A stretch of 64,000 nucleotides of DNA from a virus. The position numbers were made by a program, and so were the translations under genes. Location: positions 37,747 through 101,746 of IMG/VR virus record IMGVR_UViG_3300045988_025287, one strand, 5' to 3'. Positions within the stretch are counted from its first letter, which is position 1. Each line of letters begins with the position of its first letter. Positions 1-8,465 of the stretch are shown here, piece after piece. The notes under the pieces were generated by a model. It had not been told where the DNA came from and searched no databases. It worked only from the letters and a program-made list of their open reading frames with translations.

Positions 1-94
1 TATATACTTTAACAATATCTTCAATCTCTTCTAATGGTAGCAAGTCCCAACGTAGCTTACCATCTTGGTAATCATTCTTCTTTCCTTCTTTCAT
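1..94 (-). CDS. dATP/dGTP pyrophosphohydrolase-like protein, N-terminal fragment (gene continues left of window)
   Basis: Reverse-strand ATG at 94..92 opens MKEGKKNDYQDGKLRWDLLPLEEIEDIVKVY. The K-LRWDLLP..E.I..V pattern resembles phage dNTP diphosphohydrolase N-termini (by eye only). ATGA overlap with the stop of 91..282. Confidence 0.4.
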   Translation of the reverse strand, partial: MKEGKKNDYQDGKLRWDLLPLEEIEDIVKVY

Positions 95-282
95 TGTTTA
101 TCTCTCTTAAGTATAAATCCTTGAGTACATAATGAAGTAATCCTAGAAGGGCAATAATAATTATATAAATCACATCCTTGACACATACCCTTTACTTCAT
201 TCTCTACTAAAGTATAAGGTTTATTACCAAAATAAACTCTTTTACCTAAGTAAGCTACTTCTCTAACTTGTTTGTGTTTCAT
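91..282 (-). CDS. hypothetical small Cys-rich protein (63 aa)
   Basis: ORF track. CQGCDLYNYYC motif. TGA stop overlaps the next ATG. No family recognised. Confidence 0.5.
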   Translation of the reverse strand: MKHKQVREVAYLGKRVYFGNKPYTLVENEVKGMCQGCDLYNYYCPSRITSLCTQGFILKRDKQ

Positions 283-441
283 AGTAATTATATTTGTGAT
301 TATCTAAAGTAGGAGTAATTAATATTATATCACTTTACTTAACTAGATACTGTTATTACTTTACCCCTCTTACTCCCCATATAACGTCTAATATGATGTA
401 TTAGTTACTATTTCTTTAACATTTATTAACATTATTTATAG

Positions 442-1161
442 TTATTTAACGCTATTAAGTTCAATGTTTTTAACATTCATTAATGATTTTAACTCATCAG
501 CTAACTTCTTAGCATCTGGATGAGCTGCACCACTACCCCCATCATTTAATTTCCATTTCCATATAAACCCTTTATCTGTTTTTCTGTATCCATTGCAACA
601 TTCGCTTATATGCCGTGCCCCAGTTATACGCTGAGCTTCATTTAGACCGAAATATTCAGATATAAAATTACCATGTTTATCAAACTATAACACAGGTTTA
701 CTTCGCTTCATCTTAGAAGATTTTGTTCTATGTTTCCCTTTATTTTTGCTAACGCGCTTTTCTATTGTTTCTTTTGTTTGTTTTAAACCCATGTGTGATA
801 ATTTCATACGTTCAATTTGTTCAGGCGTAAAATTAATGCCAGAAACCCCCTCACCACCGTCAGTGATGTTGTATGATTTGTGTTCCTTTTTGTATAGTTT
901 TATATATAGTTTTTCATATTCACAAGCCTATTTTTTAGTCAATCCTGCATGTAATATTTCATGTATTATATTATTCCACCCGTATTTTAGTATCGCTGGG
1001 GCAAACGCGGGATGTTTCCAATTACCATTTTTCAATTTTATAACATAATTGCATCCATCCTAACCCCAGCGTTTAATCGGATTCTATCTAGTTATACCTA
1101 TATAACATTTTCCACTCGGAGACGTATGTTTATACACGCAATACTAATTATTTTTCGTCAT
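442..1161 (-). CDS. GIY-YIG homing endonuclease with NUMOD1-like C-terminal HTH (239 aa, 5 in-frame TAG)
   Basis: Absent from the ORF track because of TAG at 1144, 1084, 1060, 928 and 685. Reading through gives MTKNNqYCVYKHTSPSGKCYIGITRqNPIKRWGqDGCNY...NITDGGEGVSG...LNEAQRITGARHISECCNGYRKTDKGFIWKWK, ending at TAA 444..442. No TAA/TGA in frame. The ATG overlaps the thyX 3' end by 14 nt. Confidence 0.8.
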
Positions 1162-2014
1162 ATAATAACTCTTTTAGTTTTAACGATAACCGTTGAGCGT
1201 CTGGATGCGCGTTTTTGCTTGTCCGTAATGACAAGAAATGTTCCCAGTCACTTTCAAAGCCTGTCATTACTAATTCTGTCTTAGTTGCATTAGGTAGTAC
1301 TTGTCTAGCTTGTTGCGGTTTCCAACCTCTATTTATAAGCATAAAATAGTAATATTCAGCATTTTTTATAGACTGTAGGAAGCAGTTAGCAGGGTCACTT
1401 AGATTATCTACTTCAGGATAAAGTAGTTTAAGTTCGGATACATCACACCAATCATTATCCCAATTTGAGTATTTTCCTTCAGGTAAGTCTAACCAACTAG
1501 GTATAATATAAGTAATATCATTTCCAAACTTATCCTTACTATAATCACAATACCTAGTACTCTCCTGTGCAAAGCTAAATACTCTATGTCTAACAAATTC
1601 ATGACTTACTCCTCTATCACATATGAATTTGACTGTAATACGCTTCTCGTGGGAAGGTGTAGGATCACATTGATATTTTAAATCATCAAGCCATTTATTT
1701 TCTACTAGTACTCGATAATTTGTAGTTATATAAGCCCTACCGTTAATACCATCTACACTTATCTTTTTTACTCTAGAATAAGGATTTATTTCGTATTTTC
1801 TTACTTCTGGAGAAGTGGCTGTTATAGTTAAATATACAGTGCCGTGCTCTAACATAGCTCCATGACCAAGCTTAATCATACGATCTACAAACTCTTTAGC
1901 GCTATTCTCTGTTATCTTATCTTCAGACTTATAGCAAGTTCTACCTGCTAACTCTATCATCTTATAAGGGTCTTTCTCCTCAATAATCTGTACACTGGAT
2001 TCTATTAATTTCAT
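1148..2014 (-). CDS. thyX: flavin-dependent thymidylate synthase ThyX
   Basis: 288 aa ORF with the ThyX signature RHRVFSFAQESTRY (RHRxxSxxxxSxR). Confidence 0.9.
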   Translation of the reverse strand: MKLIESSVQIIEEKDPYKMIELAGRTCYKSEDKITENSAKEFVDRMIKLGHGAMLEHGTVYLTITATSPEVRKYEINPYSRVKKISVDGINGRAYITTNYRVLVENKWLDDLKYQCDPTPSHEKRITVKFICDRGVSHEFVRHRVFSFAQESTRYCDYSKDKFGNDITYIIPSWLDLPEGKYSNWDNDWCDVSELKLLYPEVDNLSDPANCFLQSIKNAEYYYFMLINRGWKPQQARQVLPNATKTELVMTGFESDWEHFLSLRTSKNAHPDAQRLSLKLKELLYDEK

Positions 2015-2015
2015 A

Positions 2016-2234
2016 TTAGTTTAAAATTTCTATGGATATTATTTTTACTTGACTCATGTACACATGTCCTTCGTATTCTTGTAGTCCTTGTTGTACCATA
2101 TAGTACTGATCGTCTACTTTTACTATTTTAGACCATCCATCATCTGCAGGACCTATATACGTAGATCTATTATACATTTCTGCAGATTTATCAAATGGAA
2201 TAGTATTACCTATTATTTCGTATTCTATATTCAT
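2016..2234 (-). CDS. hypothetical protein (72 aa)
   Basis: ORF track. Its stop lies 1 nt upstream of the thyX ATG, so the gene is co-oriented and packed. Confidence 0.5.
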   Translation of the reverse strand: MNIEYEIIGNTIPFDKSAEMYNRSTYIGPADDGWSKIVKVDDQYYMVQQGLQEYEGHVYMSQVKIISIEILN

Positions 2235-2235
2235 A

Positions 2236-2679
2236 CTATTTCTTTTTAGTAGTTTTTCTTATATATGTAATAAATCTTATATGTGGGACTCCTAGTTTAG
2301 ATAGCTTCTTATATGTAACATAAACTGAAGATGTACAGTTTAACAAGTTATATGAATACTTAAACATATTAACCATGCATACTGTTATTTGTTTATTTTC
2401 TGATAGTCTAGTAATAGATAAGTGACGCTGTTTAAATCTAAACATGAAGTGGTAAGTACTATGAATTATATTTTCTACTTGTTTTGTATTAGTATTATAT
2501 ACCCAGTAGTGAACTCCATTCCAGTTATATTGACTAGCTATTAATATATACGTAACACCTTTAGTACGCACTTTTAATACTAAAAACTTAGTATTATCAA
2601 TCTGTATTTCTTGTTGCCTATTTAGATTATCTATCATAGGCTCAACATGTTCTATATAATAATCTATGCTATGTTTCAT
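2236..2679 (-). CDS. hypothetical protein (147 aa)
   Basis: ORF track. First gene of the leftward operon, 1 nt from the next gene. Confidence 0.5.
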   Translation of the reverse strand: MKHSIDYYIEHVEPMIDNLNRQQEIQIDNTKFLVLKVRTKGVTYILIASQYNWNGVHYWVYNTNTKQVENIIHSTYHFMFRFKQRHLSITRLSENKQITVCMVNMFKYSYNLLNCTSSVYVTYKKLSKLGVPHIRFITYIRKTTKKK

Positions 2680-2871
2680 ATTATCTATAACGCAAATATT
2701 AAGAATAATTACAGATATTTAACATAAATTAAACATATTTTAAAAATAAAATATAAAAAATTTTATAAAAATTTTTTGAGAGAGGTGGTGCGTGTGTGTG
2801 AAGTACTACTCCAATTCATCCCCGGCTGTTATTAATCGCGGGAACACCCCCGCCAATAAAATCAAAGTATT
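2680..2871. promoter_or_regulatory. divergent control region between leftward and rightward operons
   Basis: About 100 nt of nearly pure A/T (2690-2790) followed by a GC-rich element (GGTGGTGCGTGTGTGTG..CCCCGGC..GCGGGAACACCCCCGCC). No promoter consensus was scored. Confidence 0.3.
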
Positions 2872-2970
2872 ATGAGTTTATCAGATTGTATTTTTATTCC
2901 CACAGATGAAGATGAGGAATATGTTGATGCATTAGCTGATGCATTGGAGTATTATAGGAGCTATGAGTAA
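2872..2970 (+). CDS. possible small acidic protein (32 aa)
   Basis: ATG..TAA ORF encoding MSLSDCIFIPTDEDEEYVDALADALEYYRSYE. Its stop sits in the loop of an 11-bp hairpin (AGGAGCTATGA/TCATAGCTCCT). Confidence 0.25.
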   Translation: MSLSDCIFIPTDEDEEYVDALADALEYYRSYE

Positions 2971-3033
2971 TCATAGCTCTCCTACTCAATTCATTCACAA
3001 CTGTAATACCATGCACATTAAATATATCAAGAT

Positions 3034-3177
3034 ATGAAGTACAGAATTGATGCTTATTACAAAAGTGGTGCTGTTAAGCAAGGCACAAAGTTATTAGACA
3101 ATATTGATGAGGCTATTAAGCTTGCATATGCTGTTGCTAAACATTACAAGTGTTATACAAGAATAGCCAGAGTTTAA
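3034..3177 (+). CDS. possible small protein (47 aa)
   Basis: ATG..TAA ORF beginning MKYRIDAYYKSGAVKQG..., followed by the hairpin ATAGCCAGA-GTTTAA-TCTGGCTAT (3163-3186). Confidence 0.3.
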   Translation: MKYRIDAYYKSGAVKQGTKLLDNIDEAIKLAYAVAKHYKCYTRIARV

Positions 3178-3258
3178 TCTGGCTATCTCTTAGTAAACAG
3201 TTACAATTCATACTCATCTTAATAGAATTGCATTATTAACCATTTAAATATTTAACTT

Positions 3259-3489
3259 ATGTTAACTAAAGTTAAAGAGGTGAGTAAAAGACTCATCACA
3301 GGTGGCTTACTTTGTATAGCCATCGGAGTTGTTCAGGGATTTGCTGTACAGATGTTAGGCTTATCCTCAATGTTCCCTAATCATGTTCAGCTATTTGGTA
3401 TGCTACTAATGGTAGGTATCACTAGCATATTAATAGGTGCTATTATGCTATTGTTTATATGGCTAATAAACATGGTTAACAAACTCTAA
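3259..3489 (+). CDS. small membrane protein (76 aa, 2 TM)
   Basis: ORF track. Two hydrophobic helices. Confidence 0.5.
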   Translation: MLTKVKEVSKRLITGGLLCIAIGVVQGFAVQMLGLSSMFPNHVQLFGMLLMVGITSILIGAIMLLFIWLINMVNKL

Positions 3490-3507
3490 GCCACTCTAAA
3501 TGGTTAT

Positions 3508-3539
3508 AGCGGGGAGTCGTGCACTCCCTGCTTTTATTC
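3508..3539 (+). terminator. intrinsic terminator
   Basis: 10-bp stem AGCGGGGAGT/ACTCCCTGCT with loop CGTGC, followed by TTTATT. Confidence 0.6.
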
Positions 3540-3572
3540 AGTATCCGGTATTCAGTATCTGGTATTGAGTAC
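3538..3572 (+). repeat. tandem 14-mer TCAGTATC(C/T)GGTAT x2 plus a partial third copy
   Basis: Direct reading: TCAGTATCCGGTAT TCAGTATCTGGTAT TGAGTAC. Lies upstream of the 3796 gene. Candidate operator. Confidence 0.5.
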
Positions 3573-3795
3573 TTACACCGGCTGCGCACGAACCCCATTC
3601 AGCTGCGTCTGCCAAGAATCGGAGGAAAACAGAAAAGTTCTTCCCGCAATATCATGTGAGCGTTATATAATGATTACGTTTAGATGTGGTAGTGTATAAA
3701 AACCACTCCAGTTTGAGCATACTGTAAAAAGCTCATCATTACTTCACCAAGTAATATATAGCCCTTATAGATTATTCACCAAAAAACATATTATC

Positions 3796-4512
3796 ATGGC
3801 AAAGTTTCAATTATTAAATCCAGTATTAAGAGTAGTAGGTCAAAAGTATGATGAAAAAGGCATACCTGTTGGAGAAATCAACAAAAATGTTCAAAATGCA
3901 GGTAACAAATACTTGTATTCCCAATTAATCAATCTTGATTGTCCTTGGGAAGGAACACAAACCTACACAAGTTTTCAAAAGCCAGTAGTAGCCATATTTG
4001 AGCCACTACTAAGCATACAACATGGAGGCATTGGTCAAACAGACCAAGCCATACCTGAGATGTTCCAAACTATTGAAGGTTGCTACGTGTCTTGGAAATC
4101 ACCACAACCATTTTACAAGAAGCACTTGTCTGCACATCCAGCAAATCCAGCTAAAGGCACACCAGCTATTATGGCGGGAGACATTGTAAAACAAGGAGGA
4201 GTTCCAGTAATATACACAGAATTAGTTGTATTCTGTCAGTATTACTATGACAGTCGTGGAGAAAAGCAATGGATGAGAGGAAGCACTCCTGAAGAAGTCG
4301 GAAGAGCAGCATTCAGTAATTACTGTATTCCAGCTAACGACACTCGTGCATTAGCAGCAGAACAACCTCAACAGCAGGAAACAGTTGGAGGACAAACTAT
4401 CAACACAGTTAATCCTAACCAACAACCTCAACAACAAGCTCAGCCTCAACAAGCTCAACCACAGTTTGTACAAGGCCCAGCTCAACAACAAGGTGCCGCA
4501 TTTGGCGCGTAA
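3796..4512 (+). CDS. hypothetical protein with Gln/Pro-rich C-terminal tail (238 aa)
   Basis: ORF track. Long clean ORF. The tail reads NPNQQPQQQAQPQQAQPQ. No family recognised. Confidence 0.7.
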   Translation: MAKFQLLNPVLRVVGQKYDEKGIPVGEINKNVQNAGNKYLYSQLINLDCPWEGTQTYTSFQKPVVAIFEPLLSIQHGGIGQTDQAIPEMFQTIEGCYVSWKSPQPFYKKHLSAHPANPAKGTPAIMAGDIVKQGGVPVIYTELVVFCQYYYDSRGEKQWMRGSTPEEVGRAAFSNYCIPANDTRALAAEQPQQQETVGGQTINTVNPNQQPQQQAQPQQAQPQFVQGPAQQQGAAFGA

Positions 4513-4520
4513 CCACTAAT

Positions 4521-4563
4521 TAGAACAAGAGAATAGCATAGCAAAAATAATGCGCTTGTTCTA
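4521..4563 (+). repeat. hairpin element copy A (TAGAACAAG..loop AGAATAGCATAGC..AATGCG..CTTGTTCTA)
   Basis: 9-bp stem, then an A-rich run. Related to copy B at 5430-5525, with two compensatory base-pair changes in the stem. Confidence 0.55.
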
Positions 4564-5429
4564 TAAATAAAAAAACTCAATAACTTCGGAGTAGCGTAAG
4601 CTACGGAGTTGTGTAACAATCCCAAGACATTGAGGGCACCAGTTTCTTATTCATTTTACTAAACATAATTGTAATCTAAACTACTATAGGGATACTCCTT
4701 GGGAGGATAATTATATGACAGAGGAAGTAGTAGAATAAGTTTTAGGTGTAAAATGCAATTTAATCATTAACTAAATAAATAATCATATGGACAGAGATAC
4801 AAGATTAGGTATGTTATCAGTAATAATCACAATGATAGTATTATATCTATCTATATGGTTATTTAACTAAGATATACAGATTTATTCGCAAAGTAATTAT
4901 TCTATGAAATGCAAATTATCCTCATATGTTGTGAAACATAGTTTAACCACGTTAAAGTATAATAATATAAGTTAGGTATGCCCTTATAAAGACTTAGGTA
5001 GCGCTAAGGACTATATTATTATACTTCTCTTCTTAATGCAACTACATCTCTCGTAAGCAATAACCGTGACAAGTCGGGGAGAGAACACATTTGAGTTTAT
5101 GTGTCAAGAATGCAGAGTCAAGAATACTATATGAAACCTACTGGAGATAGGTAATGCACAACCGTCAAGAGTGTAAGGAAGTATAGTATAATCCACGTGG
5201 TAGATGCAGTTGTAGGTTCCAACTGGTGCACATCTTTTAGAGACAGTAACCAAGCTCGAAGTAAGCAGAGCGAAGACAATTAGCTATACCTCGATAGGCT
5301 TAATGAGGTGCTTAACAGTCTGACACTAACTGAACAATAAGTGTCTGTTCATCCTCAAAGAGGAAAATGTTGAACTCTACAGACATGTAGACAGCTCCAT
5401 TAACTCTAGCTGTAACAAAGAGTTATTAA
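4564..5429 (+). ncRNA. ORF-free island bracketed by the two related hairpins
   Basis: No ORF of 60 aa or more in any frame. All three stop codons are frequent in every frame. Contains only a 27-aa TM mini-ORF (4787-4870). GTCAAGA occurs 3 times (5103-5170). Function unknown. Confidence 0.3.
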
Positions 5430-5525
5430 TAGAGTAAGAGAATAGAAACGTGTATATCTACGTAGTTCATAGCATAGCTTATAGTCGTATAACACAACAT
5501 CGATTATATTAATGCGCTTACTCTA
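5430..5525 (+). repeat. hairpin element copy B (TAGAGTAAG..AGAATAG..CATAGCATAGC..AATGCG..CTTACTCTA)
   Basis: Same architecture as copy A with a loop about 53 nt longer. Followed by a T-rich run. Confidence 0.55.
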
Positions 5526-5563
5526 TTATTTTTATTGCATTAACTAACAAATAAATCAATTAT

Positions 5564-5794
5564 ATGGAAACAAAAGTAATATTAGCTACATTTTACGTAA
5601 TATTAGGCATATATAGTATGATAGTTTATTTAAGATACGGCTATAAAAAATATGAGGTGCTAACAGTAGCAGACATATTAGTATCTCTATTGATTATAGT
5701 TGGATGGCCGCTTCCATTACTAATGTTATTAGTCCATCATTTTCTACTTTTTATATGTAAACTTGAGGAAATTGTAATACTAAGAAAGAAATAA
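5564..5794 (+). CDS. small membrane protein (76 aa)
   Basis: ORF track. Two or three hydrophobic helices. Confidence 0.5.
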   Translation: METKVILATFYVILGIYSMIVYLRYGYKKYEVLTVADILVSLLIIVGWPLPLLMLLVHHFLLFICKLEEIVILRKK

Positions 5795-5814
5795 TTAATA
5801 AATAATATCAAATT

Positions 5815-6243
5815 ATGAAGAAAATAACTTGTATTCAGAATTATGTAATAGATAAGCTTATTGAAGACAAGAAATTGTCTACAAATAGTCTATTAGATGC
5901 AGTTTCTAAAGTATGTTCAAAGGAACAGTTTGATAATATACTGTCTATTCTTATAGAAACACCTATTCCTTGTACAAATATGCCTGAATTAGAAAGCAAA
6001 ACAAACTTAGTAAGAATGAGTATGTTTATATCTGAAGAAGCTGGCAATGAAACTAAATTGAGGATAATAAAAATACTAATGAACCAATTTGGTCTTGGTC
6101 TTAAACAAACTAAAGAATATGTAAATAGTTGTATAGGAAAATATAATATATTACCTAAAGCTGTTATGCAAGCAGAAATAGATGAAGTTACAGAAAAATT
6201 AGAACCTTACAATGTAATTGTATCTACAGCAGGGTTTTATTAA
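5815..6243 (+). CDS. protein with ribosomal bL12 (L7/L12) C-terminal-domain-like module
   Basis: The C-terminal part KLRIIKILMNQFGLGLKQTKEYVNS..AEIDEVTEKLEPYNVIVST aligns by eye with E. coli bL12 CTD [42 protein letters not shown]. Confidence 0.55.
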   Translation: MKKITCIQNYVIDKLIEDKKLSTNSLLDAVSKVCSKEQFDNILSILIETPIPCTNMPELESKTNLVRMSMFISEEAGNETKLRIIKILMNQFGLGLKQTKEYVNSCIGKYNILPKAVMQAEIDEVTEKLEPYNVIVSTAGFY

Positions 6244-6711
6244 TAAGTTAATGCAGTAAATATTACTGCATCTTTAAGGTGAGAATCCTTAACAATCCTG
6301 TGGGGCTTATATCTCGTGTTTATAGTAGTGGTGTCACGAGTATTAGTGCAGACGTTAAAATCAGGAACAACTATATTAGACGGCAATATTACCTTCTTCC
6401 AGTCGCAAATGTCATATAGTTTAATATAGCCAAGTTCGTTCGTCCTTAGATTTATGGTATTAGCCATTTGTTTATTTAATCATCGTTTCATTCTTAATTG
6501 TACAGATTGATTAATTAAGCATAACAGTAAGCGTACTGTTGTCAGTATATTTATATGTGAATATAGATATACTGATTGCACTCATTAAGGTAGCCTTCAT
6601 GTGGCGAGTGTGTTAAGTAATAGGTCTAAAGAATCTTCCAGTTTGTACCTATGAAAACTAATACCTTTAACCGCCAGCTCACGCGGTATATAAGACAGGA
6701 TTGCCGGACCC
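6244..6711 (+). ncRNA. ORF-free structured island (family with the 8.1 kb and 18.0 kb elements)
   Basis: Several perfect hairpins: TGCAGTA/TACTGCA, CTCGTG/CACGAG, AACAGTA-AGCG-TACTGTT, CAGTATAT/ATATACTG. Shared motifs TGTGGGGC (6299) and GTGCAGACGTTAAAATCA (6347). Confidence 0.35.
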
Positions 6712-6746
6712 GCAGGTGTAACGAGATAAATACCTGCATTTTTTAT
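6712..6746 (+). terminator. intrinsic terminator
   Basis: Stem GCAGGT..ACCTGC followed by ATTTTTTATT. Confidence 0.6.
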
Positions 6747-6785
6747 TAACCTTAATAATTATCAAGTTGTAAACTTTAATTTAAT

Positions 6786-6868
6786 GCCCAGATGGCGAAA
6801 TAGGTAGACGCTAAGGTCTTAAACACCTTTGACCATTGGTCGTGCGGGTTCGACTCCCGCTCTGGGTA
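6786..6868 (+). tRNA. tRNA-Leu(UAA), long variable arm
   Basis: Hand-folded cloverleaf: acceptor GCCCAGA/TCTGGGT, anticodon arm AAGGT-CTTAAAC-ACCTT, variable arm TGACCATTGGTCGT, T arm GCGGG-TTCGACT-CCCGC. Confidence 0.85.
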
Positions 6869-6897
6869 CAATTAGTAATTAACATTAAAATCTATTT

Positions 6898-7203
6898 ATG
6901 ATAAAAGTAATTAAATATTATGAACTAAATCGAATTAGTAGAATATTAGTAATAGCAATAATAACATATATTGTTGGTATTCTAATTAAAAGAGAATACG
7001 AAGAGTCCAAAACTGTATATAATTTTGTAGATTTACAAATGAAGTACAAGAATTATATATTAGTCAATAAAGAGAGAAGTATTACTAATGATGAAGAATA
7101 TAAGTTCACATTACGTAATCCTATTACAAACCAAAATAGTACTGTATATGTAAAGTACTATCTATATCATCACGTATATTTTGTTGGAGATACTATAAAG
7201 TAA
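6898..7203 (+). CDS. hypothetical membrane-anchored protein (101 aa)
   Basis: ORF track. N-terminal TM helix. Confidence 0.5.
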   Translation: MIKVIKYYELNRISRILVIAIITYIVGILIKREYEESKTVYNFVDLQMKYKNYILVNKERSITNDEEYKFTLRNPITNQNSTVYVKYYLYHHVYFVGDTIK

Positions 7204-7222
7204 CATTTTAATCAATAAAAGT

Positions 7223-7591
7223 ATGAAAAGAGAAGAAATTAAATCTTACAAAGACGCTTGTAGAGTAATAGGTAGAAAACCTAGAACTTATAAAGATAAG
7301 CATTTGAATCTGTATGAACAGCTTAGTGCAATTATAGCTGCTCTGAATTTCATTAGTAATGATAATAAACCTTGGACACCTAAGTTCGATTATTATTACA
7401 TCTATTCTTGGTTATACAGAAAAGATGGATATAATAAATCTGCGGGTTTGTTCTATTTGGCTTCTTACGCTGGGTTGGGCGCTTCCGGTGCTCTTGTCGG
7501 GACTTCTCTGAAAATAAAAGAGAGAGAAGATGGAAATTACATAATAGAAAACTTTAAAGAACTACTCCAAGATTGGTTTTGGGGAGATTAA
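7223..7591 (+). CDS. hypothetical protein (122 aa)
   Basis: ORF track. Packed with its neighbours. Confidence 0.5.
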   Translation: MKREEIKSYKDACRVIGRKPRTYKDKHLNLYEQLSAIIAALNFISNDNKPWTPKFDYYYIYSWLYRKDGYNKSAGLFYLASYAGLGASGALVGTSLKIKEREDGNYIIENFKELLQDWFWGD

Positions 7592-7616
7592 TTACTAATT
7601 TTAAAACATTATCAAA

Positions 7617-8075
7617 ATGGAAAATGAAATGATGGCGAGACCCGAACCGCCAAGAAGAACTGTTTGGGTAATAGTAGCAATCATTGCCTTAATAGGCATG
7701 TTTGGAGCAATGATTTACGCAGAGCGTGAAAACATTGCCAATTTCTTAAATGGTGTGAACCAAGAAGAAATACAAGAAGATCCTCAAGTTATCATTGAGG
7801 AACCTGTAACAACAATACAGGATATTCTCGACATGAGAGAGCAAATGAGAGAAGATAGAAGAGTTGATAGTGTATTTTTAGCTATGCCAAAGGTAGTATT
7901 AATTGATATTTTGATGCAGCATGGTACGTCATTGTCTATAAAAGACATAATTTACATATATGAATCAAACACATCAACGTACAACACAGTATTATCTGGG
8001 GCAAGAGCTCAAAAATATCTTGATGACTCTATACAAACTCATGTTATATCAACTGTTGTAAACGACTCTATTTAA
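7617..8075 (+). CDS. hypothetical membrane-anchored protein (152 aa)
   Basis: ORF track. TM helix WVIVAIIALIGMFGAMIY. Confidence 0.5.
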   Translation: MENEMMARPEPPRRTVWVIVAIIALIGMFGAMIYAERENIANFLNGVNQEEIQEDPQVIIEEPVTTIQDILDMREQMREDRRVDSVFLAMPKVVLIDILMQHGTSLSIKDIIYIYESNTSTYNTVLSGARAQKYLDDSIQTHVISTVVNDSI

Positions 8076-8465
8076 GACTAGACCTTCTTTTTAGTTAATA
8101 TTAGAGTCTAGTATACTCAGTCTGTGAAGATAGAGTATACGTCCTCAGAAAATGACAAACATGTGGGGCGGGAGTAAATAAGTAAAACTAAGCAGTAGTA
8201 TTATATATCAGTAAGGATACTACGCCGAATCTGATTGTTTTGTTTATTTATAGTCGTGCGGACGTTAAAATCATGTACTCCAATAAGATTTAGTTTGACA
8301 GCTATTTCTGCTTACGAGTTAAAACTATAGTGAGAGTCATAGTAAGTAACGATTGTAGTCGTTTATCTTTGTCTTATAACAAATGCTATAAACTAAGTTG
8401 GCACTAACTTAATTAAATCCTGAGTGCCCAGGCGTCATTATTAACAATTTAAATTTTTTAGAAAC
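8076..8465 (+). ncRNA. ORF-free structured island (same family as 6.3 kb)
   Basis: No ORFs. Motifs TGTGGGGC (8162), ACGCCGAAT (8222) and TAGTCGTGCGGACGTTAAAATCA (8251). Confidence 0.35.

Noticed and set aside
746-1284. Plus-strand ORFs 746..1048 and 1012..1284.
   Set aside because: They lie antisense to the GIY-YIG endonuclease (442..1161) and the thyX 3' end. The minus strand gives recognisable domains.
6240-6467. Minus-strand ORF of 75 aa.
   Set aside because: It is the only reverse ORF in a plus-strand operon. It overlaps a plus-strand terminator hairpin and the TGTGGGGC / GACGTTAAAATCA motifs shared with non-coding islands. It cannot be excluded, but it is probably spurious.
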